64,000 bases of DNA from Octopus vulgaris (GCA_951406725.2 OX597835.1:19964001-20028000); one strand, 5' to 3'; positions 28,629 through 41,930 are shown, numbered from the stretch's first letter. A program made the numbers and translations. Notes: generated from the sequence alone by a model not told the origin.

Positions 28629-29248
28629 GGCGGTGAGCTGGTAGAATCGTTAGCACGCCGGGGGGAAGTGCTTGGCAGTATTTCGTCTGCCGCTACGTTC
28701 TGAGTTCAAATTCCGCCGAGGTCGACTTTGCCTATCATTATTTCGGGTTCGATTAAGTAAGTACCAGTTACGCACTGGGCTAGATATAATCGACTTAACC
28801 CTTTAGCATTCAGATTAATTTATCAAATGTAATGCTCATGTATCCATATTTTTAAAAATTAATCATGTATTATCTTGTAGCTTCAAGATTTTGAAGATGT
28901 AATCAATTAATTTTAGAATGACATTGTAGGGTAGGTGGGAGAGACTGGATCTGGCCAGTTTGAACATGAAACAGGTAGACTATTTGGGCCGGATATGGTC
29001 GGTTTAAATGTTAAAGGGTTAATCCGTTTGTCTGTCCTTGTTTGTCCTCTCTGTGTTTAGCCCCTTGTGGGTAGTAAAGAAATAAGTATTTCGCCTGTCT
29101 TTACATTCAGAGTTCAAATTCCGCCGAGGTCGACTTTGCCCTTCATCCTTTCGGAGTCGACAAATTAAGTACCAGTTGCGTGCCGGGGTCGATCTAATCG
29201 ACTTCCCATCCCCCCAAATTTCGTGCCATGTGCCTATAGAAGAAAGGA
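28629..29248 (+). mobile_element. SINE family A dimer; unit 2 has the alternative tail; MITE inserted in unit 1
   Basis: Head at 28629; junction AAAGAAATAAGTATTTCG near 29076-29093; unit 2 ends CCCCCCAAATTTCGTGCCATGTGCC. Confidence 0.85.
28799..29018. mobile_element. piggyBac-type MITE, 220 bp
   Basis: TTAA TSD at 28795-28798 and 29019-29022; TIRs CCCTTTAGCATT / AATGTTAAAGGG; splits the SINE A sequence GACTTAATCC. Confidence 0.88.
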
Positions 29249-30374
29249 ACATTTCTATGTGTGACTATAAGTTAAACAAAAATAAAGGATACAAATATTT
29301 TCTTTCTGGGAACGAAAAAAAAAAAAGGATGGCTGTTGTCGCTCTTCTAACTAATATTTCGACGTTTTGGAAGAAGACGGAACCGGTCCCTTTCCCAAAT
29401 CAATGGAATAGTTCAGCCTCTAGAAGAAACGGCCATAATTTACAGTGGCGATAAACGAATTTTTGCATGTGTAAATTTGATGTCGTATTACTATGAATTT
29501 ATGAAGGAATGATGCATGATCTTGATTTGTGTAAGAAATCGGGTTTCTGAGGTGTGGTCAACAAGCCATGAAACCGAGATGCAGAAGAATCGTTCCATCA
29601 TTGGCCCACGAATCGATACTACAAAGGAAATGTCTTTACATTATGTGTCGTCTCTAAACAATGGCAAGGCTCTGTGATATTTAATAAATTTATAGTTTTC
29701 TGTATAAAAATATATTGGGTAATTAATCACAAGATTTCGTAAGAATTCATATGCATATTAGGATGTCCATAATGTTATTAGTTTAATTCATGATAGTATA
29801 TTAGCTGCGAATTTATAATTAATCTTTAACGTAGAATGCTATATACGTCTAAACGACGATGAACAATTCTTTAAATTTTTCACTCTGAGAAAGCGAATGT
29901 ACTACAGAATCACAGTTCCATCTATGATGGCATATTTCCCACAACACTGTACGTATTGCTTAACTTTCTTTGAAGTATGGAATGTAAACATTGTCCATTT
30001 GCGGAAAAGATTGTAATGCCAATTTGACTTTCTCAGTTGTCATTGAAATTATTACTTGTAAACATGTATATATGTATATACACACATACACACACACACA
30101 CGCACACATACAAACACACACACACATACAAACACACACACACATATATATATATATTGTATACTCATTCATATACAAATTGATAGATAGTTGAAAGAAA
30201 TGATATGCATATATATATACACAAAGTATGAGGGTTTGGTTCACATATTTAAACGACTAGGTAAATGCTGTAAAGGATTACTAGGGCTCAAGGTGGTAGC
30301 CGAGACGGTAGTTTTGGAGCCATTGCAGATTTCTGATGCCCCGGATTTATCATTGTTAAAGGGAACAACAAACA

Positions 30375-30925
30375 ATAAGCAGGGCAAACATCTCAAGTCA
30401 TATACACTATTATTATTGGAAAAAAATGTCAATGCCTTACAGCTGTTTCGGGGATATTCCTGAGTTTGTGATATTCCGTCATCAGAGACAAATAGGGAAA
30501 AAACAGGAAAAATGAGAATGGTATGTATTAATGAGTTGACGACATAGAGGAAGGAAGTAAAAGAATAAGGAGATGGAGATAAAGAGGAAAAATAACCATA
30601 AAATTCATATTTCAGATTTCCGATGTTGCAGAAGCAAGAACATATGTCATTAGGTGCAATCATGCGTAGATCCATGAAGGTTAAAATTCTGATATATAAG
30701 CATTCATGGATGTTTTATTCTTTCTCTCCATCTCCTTTTTCTTTTACTCCCTTCGTCTGCATCATCATCTCATTAATAACTACCATTCCCGTTTTCCCTG
30801 TTTTTCCATAATTGTCCCTGATGACGGAATATCCCATAATCGTGGATATTCCAGAATCATCTGTAAGACTTTGAATTTTTTCCAATTCTAATATTGTGTG
30901 CGACTCGAGATGCTTGCCTTGCCTC
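30375..30925. mobile_element. inverted pair of Penelope-like pseudo-LTRs, each with a hammerhead motif
   Basis: ~30375-30600 is a diverged reverse complement of ~30710-30925; both arms contain a CTGATGA...GAAW-CAKCTG-TA motif. Confidence 0.65.
30433..30490 (-). ncRNA. minimal type I hammerhead ribozyme candidate
   Basis: Minus strand TGTCT-CTGATGA-(imperfect stem II)-GAAA-CAGCTG-TA-AGGCA: intact core, palindromic stem III, GUA cleavage triplet, stem I with one G-U pair. Confidence 0.65.
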
Positions 30926-30991
30926 AATGTTTCTTATCATCTTTTACAGTTATATACATATATACATACACACACACACAAACACACACAC

Positions 30992-31023
<32 letters not shown>

Positions 31024-31591
31024 ATGTGTGTATAAACAAAATCGCTCTCATACGCACTTGACACGAACTGATCAACATATTTATTTTCATGGAACAAATA
31101 AGGAACGGTCTCTAACAGAAACTGCATTTCAATACTTGCATCTTTAAATAAAGTTTCATACCATTTACTAAACTTACATTAAATAAAAAAAATACACCTC
31201 AAAGCTATAATACATTTTAGTTATAAGTTTTAATTACACATTTTAATAATATATTTTCTAATCAATTTTATTTTTCATTCATGAATATCAATTTCTTCGC
31301 TGTAATTTGCTTTATCTACTCGAAATCTTATTTCTTAGAATTTTATCTTATTTCTCTCTATTTCTAAATCATTTCGTTTTTGGAGTTGTTAAATATGATG
31401 ATTAGTTATCTAGGTGATGACATACACATACGACATGAAACAATCTGCTTCCTAATTTGGAAATAAATTAGATTTCATATATATTTCTGCATTAGAAAGA
31501 GAAGGCGAAATGAGTTTATTTTATATTTGCCTACAGATATAAAATCTGTGTCCATCTATTCATGCAATCAATCTATTCAAAATAGTGTATG

Positions 31592-31654
<63 letters not shown>

Positions 31655-31763
31655 TTTTCCATCCTTCTATACAATCTCTACATGCTTACCAAAAGACATA
31701 GGTATATATATATATATATATATATGAAATAAACACTACTTATGTGAATGTATATCTATGTAT

Positions 31764-32070
31764 GTAGAGGCGCAATGGCCCAGTGATTAGGGCAGCGGAC
31801 TCGCGGTCGGAGGATCATGGTTTCGATTCCCAGCCCAGACGTTGTGTGTGTTTATTGAGCGAAAACACCTAAAGCTCCACGAAGCTCCGACAGGGGATGA
31901 TTGCGACCCATGTTGTACTATTTCGCCACAACTTTCTCTCACTCTTTCTTCCTGTTTCTTTAGTAACGGTGCGATGGAACTGGCGTTCCGTCCGGCTGGG
32001 GGGAACACATATGCCATAGAAACCGTGAAACCGGGCCTATGAGCCTTGTCAGGCTTCAAAAGGGCGCATG
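31764..32070 (+). mobile_element. SINE family B variant with a different, V-domain-like 3' half
   Basis: Family B head and body to TCCTGTTTCT (~31958), then GCGATGGAACTGGCGTTCCGTCC...ATGCCATAGAAACCG in place of the usual B 3' half. Confidence 0.8.
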
Positions 32071-32547
32071 GATAAAAATAATATGTATCTTTGTGCGCGT
32101 GTGTTATGTCTCACAGAAATTGTAATGTCTTTAATTTAATGGTTCATCAGAAACTCAAGAAGATGGTGTTACCCTGCTGGTATTATGAAATTACAACAAT
32201 TGGGGAAATCTAACACTTGTCCTGAGTGTATTGTGAAAACTCAGTCGAATCAAAATATCGTTGTAGCATACACAACTTAGGGGTAGATCGATATATATCG
32301 TGAATGTGGCTTTATGCTTTGAGTTTTATATTACAAATTCTCTGAAAGTGAATCATTGAAAATGTCACCTCCGTGACTTGTACATACCTGCCAACATACA
32401 TGTGTAGTTACATGCATGCATTAATGCGTATATGCTCGGGGATGTGTGTGCCTGTTTTTGAGTTATAAATATATATATGTATGTGTGTAAATGTATATAC
32501 GCATGTATATATATGTTTAAAAATTATTTTATACACTCTTATGTTTC

Positions 32548-32584
<37 letters not shown>

Positions 32585-32591
<7 letters not shown>

Positions 32592-32808
32592 GTGTGTGTG
32601 GTTATGTGTCTCTATTTGTCCCCCACCATCGCTTGACAACCGATGCTGATGTATTTATGTCACCGTAAACTAGCGGTTCGTCAAAAGGGACCTATAGAAT
32701 AAGTACTGCGCTTACAAAGAATGTCCCGGGATCCATTTTCTCGACTCAAGGTGGTGCCCCATCATGGCCGCAGTCAAATGACTGAAACACACGAAAGAGT
32801 AAAAGAAT
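32585..32808 (+). mobile_element. 3' half of SINE family C
   Basis: TTTGTCCCCCACCATCGCTTGACAACCGATGCTG...GCAGTCAAATGACTGAAACA. Confidence 0.85.
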
Positions 32809-32859
32809 ATATATATCCATATATGTATATGTATATATATTTCTCAGGATGCTTGTATG

Positions 32860-33235
32860 AGCGAGTAGACTCGGGCCATACATCTTCCACGAGGGCGTTT
32901 ATACATCCATACCATTTGACGGTTATTTTTCACACTTTTCTCACTGGATTGCGTGTTCGTTTCTCTTTTTGTCATCCCTGATTTTATTTTTGATCTTCTA
33001 TATAAAAGAAGAAATTTCCCCCTGTCTAGCAGCGTTTCTTTCTATAAAACAGAAAGTTACATTGCGGAACAGTCATTTTAACGGGTTGTATTTCTTTATC
33101 ACTCGTCGAAATGTGCACCACCGGATACTCCTGAACCAGTTGTTGAGCATACCATTCAAGAGGAATCGATGCTCGATGTGACGAAAAATTGTCGTGATTT
33201 ATTATAAAATCTCGTATATTCCATCTTCTGTCTTT

Positions 33236-33240
<5 letters not shown>
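32860..33240 (-). pseudogene. possible decayed mariner transposase C-terminal fragment
   Basis: Minus strand [11 protein letters not shown] and [11 protein letters not shown] resemble HDNAxxH and APCDFFLFPKLK. Confidence 0.35.
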
Positions 33241-33320
<80 letters not shown>

Positions 33321-34103
33321 CATATATATATATGTATGTATGTATGTATGTATATGTAAAATATAATAAAATTAATGGCTTACACCTTAATGTCTATGCA
33401 TATGATAAACAAGAATAATTATAAATTTATACATTTAGACTTGAAGAGAAACATGCACGAACAGACACGTTTGTTCATATGCAGATTAATGTTTACTTGT
33501 TTACGTATATATATATATATTCCTAGATACACGTAACAATAAACGTACGCAAACAATAAACACAGTAAAACATGCACTGAAATAGACGGAACGAAAACGA
33601 ACAAGAGCAATATCAACACACATTTTAACACATTCTCAAAACAACAGTTTCTAGCATACACCGATTTATCAGAGAGACACACATCACATAAACACACGGT
33701 TGACGAGAACGATAGCTATTACGACACTGTAATATGTCTCCAATTATACGTTTAAATCAATTTTCTCGCCAGGCCTGGGAAAAATGATACTGGAACGAAA
33801 TATCACATCGTTAGCATCCGATTGTTTTCAGAGAATGTTAATTTGTAAAGTCAATTACTGAATGGTGTATCTAATGCTGAAATTGAAAGCCGTTATGTAC
33901 CAATATTTTTAATGATTCAATAAGCCGAAAATTAACTAGTGCTGACACAAATTACACTTTAATTAACCTTTGCGAAATTTCATATCAAAATTGTTTTCCA
34001 TATGTGGGTGTGTGTGTGTCTGTGTGTGTGTGTGTGTGTGTGTCATTGTATGTGTGTGCTTGTGCGTTGACCATGCTTATGTATGTATGCCTGAAAACAT
34101 ATA

Positions 34104-34153
<50 letters not shown>

Positions 34154-34180
34154 CATATATATATATACATATATATACAT

Positions 34181-34272
<92 letters not shown>

Positions 34273-34292
34273 GTAAATACATATATATTATG

Positions 34293-34354
<62 letters not shown>

Positions 34355-34924
34355 GTGTATGTATGTATATATGGAAGTGTTTGTGTGCTAGGCAAATGTA
34401 TTTGTGGATCAGTGGGTAGGTATGTACGTTCAGGTATATATATTATAGCTGCACATTCTATATCATTGTATACATTATTTCAACTAAATTAATTACAATA
34501 TATTCGTTATTTATTGTTTCTTAATTATTCTATTCACATATTAGATAGCAGCCATGTTCGGTTAATTAGAAAAGCTGAATTCTCAATATTTAATTAATAT
34601 TTAACCTTTTCCAGTCTGTATTTGTTCAACATATTGATTTTATATTCATTTCATATTTGTTTATTTTGAGAAATATTGTTCTCGTTGTTTTCGGCTGCAT
34701 CTCCAACATCGGAAATTTGTCGATATCACGATTGTTACTCTTGCTGGCGTTAGGTTTATGTTGGTGCTTCCTGTTTATTAATTTGTCTTATGTTGTTTAT
34801 TACGAAATCTGTTATGACAGAAGCGGGCTTTGGGCAAGCAAATTTCTGAACTCGCCCATACATTTCATTGGAGCATTTTCGAGGGATAACATTTTATTGA
34901 TATTACAGAGTTATTGCTGTTGAG

Positions 34925-35568
34925 ACACCGTTCGGTCATGACTGACCATGGGACTGCACCAAGAATGCTACCTATTTCTTTACTACCCACAAGGGGCTAA
35001 ACACAGAGGGGACGAACAAGGACAGACAAACGTATTAAGTCGATTATATCTACCCCAGTACGTAACTGGTACTTATTTAATCGACCCCGAAAGGATGAAA
35101 AGCAAAGTCGACCTCGGCGGAATTTGAACTCAGAACGTAACGGCAGACGAAATACCGCAAAGCATTTCGCCCGGCGTGCTAACGTTTCTACCGGCTCGCC
35201 GCCTTATTAATCGACCCCGAAAGGATGAAAGGCAAATTCGACCTCGGCGGAATTTGAACTCAGAACGTAACGGCAGACGAAATTCCGTAAAACAAGTCCG
35301 GACAAGGTTGTTTATGGAAGACAAGCAGTCACTCATGCACAACGGCCTCCCCTCTCCACGCCACTAGTGTTATCCAAGGGAAAAGGTAAAGGCCGATACA
35401 GCTTGGCACTTGTGGCGTCGCAACTCATTTCTACAGCTGAGTGAACTGGATCAACGTGCAATAAGGTGTCTTACTCAAGAACACAACATGCAGCCCGGTC
35501 CAGGATTCGAACTCACAACCTCATGATCGTAAGCTCGAGGCCCTAACGACTGAGCCATGCGCCTTCAC
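34925..35568 (-). mobile_element. SINE family D, interrupted near its 3' end by SINE A
   Basis: 35291-35568 matches 16336-16626; 34925-34970 appears to continue the D 3' end. Confidence 0.8.
34973..35287 (-). mobile_element. SINE family A full copy (34973-35203) preceded by a partial unit (35205-35287)
   Basis: The partial unit starts at the same internal GG(A/T)ATTTCG site used by the dimers. Confidence 0.85.
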
Positions 35569-35639
35569 TCAGAGTTATAATTACACATTAAAGAAATCCG
35601 CTGAATAGATTTCTAAGTTGTAATACAAGAAGATATTTG

Positions 35640-35866
35640 GGCGAGCTGGCAGACACGTTAGCGCGCCGGGCTAAATGATTAGCGTTATTTCGTCTGCCGT
35701 TACGTTCTGAGTTCAAATTCCGCCGAGGTCAACTTTGCCTTTCATCCTTTCGGGGTCGATAAATTAAGTACCAGTTACGCACTGGGGTCGATATAATCGA
35801 CTTTATCCCTTTGTCTGTCCTTGTTTGTCCCCTCTGTGTTTAGCCCCTTGTGGGTAGCAAAGAAAT
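35640..35866 (+). mobile_element. SINE family A monomer with TSD
   Basis: Direct repeat AGATATTTGGGCGA at 35631-35644 and 35867-35880. Confidence 0.9.
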
Positions 35867-36384
35867 AGATATTTGGGCGAAAGAGCTTAGACCATTAGAT
35901 TGGTCCATTGCTTAACCGGTGCTTATTTACCGAGACCGAAAGAAGAATGGCAAATCGAAATCGGTTGAATCTGAACTCAAAAATATAAAGTCGGACGGAA
36001 TGCCGCTAAGCATTTCGTCCTCTGTATTAACGATTCTGCTAGCTCACCGCACTAACAATCGAACACTTGTGAATGACTAACGTTTCTGCATCCCTCACAG
36101 TAAATGATCAATTTAGAATATAAATACTCGGACGGCGTGCAAAAGATTCACACTACGCTAAATTACCCATAAATCTGAAAAAAAGACGAATTTACCACGG
36201 ATGCAAAAACAATAAAGAATGCACAACCTGACAAAATATCCATGTTAACAAATGTGGAAGCTGCTTGCGAAAACATTATGGATTTATGTGTAATGAAATC
36301 CATAACGAATAAAACAATATAAAACGATCCTGATGGATTGAAACTACATTGGACATCTATATGCTCCTTCAAATTTATTTAACG

Positions 36385-36600
36385 TTCTCTTTACTCTTCA
36401 CTCTTTTACTTGTCTCAGTCATTTGACTGCGGCCATGCTGGAACACTGCATTTAGTCGAGCTAATCGACTCCAGGTCTTATTCTTTGGAAGCGTAGTACT
36501 TATTGTATCGTTCTCTTTTTGCCGAAACGCTAAGTTACGGGGACGTAAACACACCACCATCAGCTGTCAAGTGACGTTGGGGGGACAAACACAGACACAC
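36385..36600 (-). mobile_element. 3' half of SINE family C
   Basis: CTCTTTTACTTGTCTCAGTCATTTGACTGCGGCCATGCTGG...GGGGACAAACACAGAC. Confidence 0.85.
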
Positions 36601-37677
36601 AAATCGTACAATTTTGCGTGTATCAGATTCGTTCCTGTGTCTGATCAGCCACCACTCATCGCTTAATCAACCGTAGTTCTTTTATTTACGTCTACGTAAC
36701 CTAGTGCATCAACAAAAGTAATTAATAGAATGAAGAGCAAACGCAAAGAAATAAATAGTCGATCAATATTTTCAACTAAATCCACCGCTCAGGCCAATGT
36801 CCCGAAATGTCCGAAGTCTACTGACAGAAATAATTGTATGAACAGACGAACATACAAAATATAAGCAAAATATCTAATGAACAAGATGGCTCTAATTACT
36901 GAAAATGGTGAAGTAAAAAGTCTGCGACCAATCAGCAATGAACAATATCTGTAAAACTTACAAACAATTATAAGTCTTGTTCTACCCTGTCGGCAATTAT
37001 TGTAAATAAAAGAAATGACTTGTAGATAATACATAGGTCACGGTGTGGTTAGAATTTAGAATTTTAAGACAAAGAAAAGCAAATACGATGTACAGAATGT
37101 GCGTTTTATTATTCTTACTCATTACAAATGTCCTAGATATTTTTTGTTGTAGGTAACCATATATTTTCGCCATTTAGCACTAATTTGAAATCTTTAGTAT
37201 GACATAACCCTTGGCAGATATGTTTTGTTAAAGTAATCATTTTATATAGACTGACTTTTGAGAAAGTAATTTTTATCTTGGCACTTGTTCATAGATCGTT
37301 GATAGTTCAGCAAGTGAATAAGAGAGAAAAATTAACTCATTCAAAGGGAATTTTTTACTTTGATTAAATGTCCATAAACTTAATTTCTATAACCGACTTG
37401 ACTACAATGCACACGATTTAGAAAAACTACTTTTGGTGCCATCATTCAGGATGTAGATGATATATTTCAGCCATTAAATATTAATCCGGAGTAATTTGTA
37501 CTTCGTTGGTGTTAGCATATGTGATCGGTATTGTACACCATCTGTTCCAAGATGAAATTCCGTCACAATCAAATTTTTAAATGCAGGGGTCTGATACCTA
37601 GTTTAGATTGTATGTTGTTGAATGATACAAAACTAAGACAGAAATAATAGGTTGTATGCAAGAATTCATTTATTAGA

Positions 37678-37767
37678 GGCTTACAGCTGTTTCAGATATA
37701 CATTTGCGTGGGTTCGTGGGTCAGTCATATAAAATATAATGAACTGGCACACGGCTTCATCAGAACC
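37678..37767 (-). ncRNA. type I hammerhead ribozyme candidate with long stem-II loop
   Basis: Minus strand GGTT-CTGATGA-AG...CT-GAAA-CAGCTG-TA-AGCC followed closely by AATAAA, the layout of Penelope-like pseudo-LTRs. Confidence 0.6.
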
Positions 37768-37844
37768 GCATTAAGCCAACTCATATATAGGCATAAATAT
37801 GAGTGTCCCTGTCCGTGTCAGTGTGTGTATGTGTGTGTGCGTTA

Positions 37845-37878
<34 letters not shown>

Positions 37879-38094
37879 ATGAGTGCGCGTATGTTTGAAT
37901 ACGTATCTATAGAAGTAGGTATTTGTTCGAAGAATATATATAAGGCTCCACATCTCCATACATATTCTGTATGTTCTGATGAATCTTTATGAATGTCTTT
38001 ACGTATGTAATTATTGTATCTTAGGTCGACTCCCATTTTTGAACTACAACACTTCTTAGATCAAGGGATAAGTAAGATGTTCTTCTGTGTATAT

Positions 38095-38139
<45 letters not shown>

Positions 38140-38863
38140 TGAGTCTGTGTGCCTGTGTGAGTTCAACACAAGTTTTTAGAATGCTTCTTATACGCGTTTC
38201 ATAATCAGAAATTATATGTGTATGCATTTCCTTAGTTTTGAATCGCGAAGAAATTATAAAAAGGACTTCATTTTGAAGAGTTTGGCTCAAGAAATGTTAC
38301 ACTTTGGAGGTTCTTTAGTAATGGTTTAACGAAAATAAATCATATATACTCAAGTATTGATTAGTATTATAGGAAACGCTCACACACATGATCTTTTATA
38401 ATTCATAAATATTGTAAAATAAATATTCACTGCTATGTTTAAACATCAATATACGTCGAATGTAAATATCTCAGCTTCTGTTTGCATGCAAATCTGAACG
38501 TGTCAATTTATATTTGTTCTGCTTGTTTGCGTTTGTGTCGGTTTGGCACTGCTTAGCTTGAAATATCTCTTTGCGCCTGTTAGTGATACTAAAACATATA
38601 AGTTAAAATCAGTCTCGAAAAAATACAAGACAGAAATCGACGTCCAATCGTATAGAATTAAGACATGTACCAGCTATGTCAGTAAACAGATATGTTCGTA
38701 TATTTTTTATGACAGCAAAAAAAAAAAAAATATCACGTCTAATTCAAATGATTCACTTGAATTATGTATATATTTACACATATATGTGCGTAGGTGTGTG
38801 TGTATATATGCATGTAATCATGTATGTGAATGTGTACGTATGTATATATATATATACATGTAT

Positions 38864-38928
<65 letters not shown>

Positions 38929-38930
<2 letters not shown>

Positions 38931-39093
38931 CGCAGGAGTGGCTGTGTGGTAAGTAGCTTGCTAACCAACCACATGGTTCAGGGTTCAGTCCCAATACTTG
39001 GCATCTTGGGCAGGTGTCTTCTGCTATAGCCCCGGGCCGACCAATGCCTTGTGAGTGGATTTGGTGGACGGAAACTGAAAGAAGCCTGTCGTA

Positions 39094-39095
<2 letters not shown>
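38929..39095 (+). mobile_element. 5' half of SINE family C within (TA)n
   Basis: GGCGCAGGAGTGGCTGTGTGGTAAG...GGTTCAGTCCC...TTGGGCAGGTGTC...GAAGCCTGTCG. Confidence 0.88.
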
Positions 39096-39136
<41 letters not shown>

Positions 39137-39401
39137 GAGGGGTGCGTATATGTATTCATTATATCGCAATTGTTTACTGACATTCAGTATTCGAGTAGGG
39201 AATCAGAAGCTGTACTATATACAAACAAATGTATATACACCCATGAATACACTCAAATTTTTGTGCATGTGTGATCATGTTCATGCATCTAAATAGACAT
39301 AGAAACGGACGTATGCGCATACACTTACTCAATCAACCAATTACACATAACAAGACAAATACACAAACGCGCATATACATATAGAGAAATACATGCTAAA
39401 C

Positions 39402-39488
<87 letters not shown>

Positions 39489-39512
39489 ATAGATATATAG
39501 ATAGATAGATAT

Positions 39513-39550
<38 letters not shown>
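39402..39550 (+). repeat. (GATA)n microsatellite
   Basis: Direct reading. Confidence 0.95.
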
Positions 39551-39552
<2 letters not shown>

Positions 39553-39676
39553 GTAGCCAGCCAGACAGATAGATCTATCATTCTATCGATCTATCTGCCT
39601 ACGTATGTATGTATGTATCTATGTATCTATCGTGGTCACCGTTTAATTACGGTAACATGTAAAAGAATAAAAGAAA

Positions 39677-39729
<53 letters not shown>

Positions 39730-39804
39730 TTATATATATATATTATACATATATATATTATATATATATATTTACATATATTATATATATATATATACAT
39801 ATAT

Positions 39805-39844
<40 letters not shown>

Positions 39845-40749
39845 GCACACATACATACATACATACGTCTCTCAACGTATCTGTCTACATAGAAAAACAT
39901 CCTCATATGTGTGCGTGCGCTCGCGAGCGCGCGTATGTATGTGTGTATAGAACAACATATACCACTTTTGTACATGTGCATGTATTTCTGTGTAAAATGT
40001 CTTTTGTTGCCTACGCGTCTTTCACGGGGCAAAATACATTAAGATGAAAAATTTTATTTCCTTTACATGTTTTTCACATGTTCACTTGAGGATATCTGAA
40101 AAATTCACACACAATTATACAATATCACATGCAGTTCTCTGTAAACACAATTACTGTATGTGGATCTCATTAAAGCATGTTGATATCCCGAAGGCAGAAA
40201 TCACATCTAACATAGAAGTATCGAACTATTTTCCATTTTTTTCTCACAGACGAAATTGTGTAAACAGCTAATTTTTTTTTCTTATTACGTTCGTTAAAAC
40301 ATATGGCAATAAGTAAAATTATATAAAGTGTGTTAGAGAAAAGAGTGTTACCGAATATTTACAGCTTTAAAAGCTAAGATTTATAGCAATTTATGTTTAA
40401 AAACTTAGTATTTGCATCCGATAATACGAACATGATTTATATCATGGTGTTTTTGCTTAATTTTGTTTTTAGAATTTGGGAATCAAGCACATAATTTAAC
40501 ACATAATGTTATAACTTGTTGCGGTTCGATTGATGATTATGCGGTCGCATGTTACCGATGAAATAAGAATAGAGTGACTGACAAAGCTCAATGAAGATGG
40601 AGAGAGAAACTTGATGCCCAGAGAAGGAAATTAGATGCATTTATGCATGAAACAGACCGATGGGATCGTTTCATCTCGAAGAAGTTTCATTACGAGTTTG
40701 GTTACTCATAACAATTACAAGAACACTTTGTATGTGTGTGTGTGAGAGA

Positions 40750-41060
40750 GAGGGTCGTAAATGACATAGGTTTACACTTACAAAGTTCTACTCCGAGGCA
40801 CAACTCCGGGCTAGTTTGTTCACAGGAAACCAGCAGTCGACCATGAATCTCAGCCTCCCCTCTCCACAACAACGATGTTGTCCAAGGAAAATGCAAAGAC
40901 GGATACAGCTTGGCACCATTGACTGAGCAACTCATTTCTAGAGCTGACTGAACTGAGGCAACCCGTAATGTAGTGATTTGAGTAAGAACAGAACTCACAG
41001 CCCGGTCCGAGAATCGAAAACTCTATCTATGATTATGAGCCCGACGCTCTAATCACTTAG
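40750..41060 (-). mobile_element. decayed SINE family D
   Basis: CTCCGAGGCACAACTCCGGG...GATACAGCTTGGCACC...CAACTCATTTCTA...CAGCCCGGTCC. Confidence 0.75.
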
Positions 41061-41324
41061 CTATATATATATATACGTATAAACTTCATATTACAGGGAT
41101 CAGGTAGTACCTAAGTCCAATTTTTTTTATTGGAGTACTAGATGCGTCAGTTAAATCCAGTTTAATACAACACTTATTGCTTTAAAAACTTATAGGAGTT
41201 CATACAGGAGAGCAAAGTCCTAAATATACAAATGTGTTGGGCGTTTAATTTTGCAATATTATCGTATGTCACGTCAATCAATCTTGCCCATTTACCAAAT
41301 TGATAACAACAGTGTACTGGAATA

Positions 41325-41687
41325 TGGAAGCACTCCGTCGGTTACGACGATGAGGGTTCCGGTTGATCCGAATCAACGGAACAGCCTGCTCGTGAAATTA
41401 ACGTATAAGTGCACCCTTAACGTAGTTCTCGGGGATATTCAGCGTGACACAGAGAGTGACAAGGCCGGCCCCTTGAAATACAGGTACAACAGAAACAGGA
41501 AGTAAGAGTGAGAGAAAGTTGTGGTGAAAGAGTACAGCAGGGATCACCACCATCCCCTGCCGGAGCCTCGTGGAGCTTTTAGGTGTTTTCGCTCAATAAA
41601 CACTCACAACGCCCGGTCTGGGAATCGAAACTGCGATCCTATGACCGCGAGTCCGCTGCCCTAACCACTGGGCCACTGCGCCTCCAC
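41325..41687 (-). mobile_element. SINE family B with TSD and a short internal deletion
   Basis: TSD ACTGGAATA at 41316-41324 and 41688-41696. Confidence 0.92.
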
Positions 41688-41930
41688 ACTGGAATAAGAA
41701 TGTGTATCATAATTAAATTATACTCTAATCGCATTGTAAACGAAACAAAGATGTAATAGTTTTATCTCTGTTGTCCAATGTTTGAATTTTCTTGAAGCTT
41801 TTGTTCCATTCTGTAACTAGGCGGAGTAGTTTCCTTACTAAGTCAGCAACAACATCCAATTATAAATATCAGCTATACCACCGTATATTTACGCTTGTGT
41901 GGTGGTATACTAGATTATATTTGACTTCAA

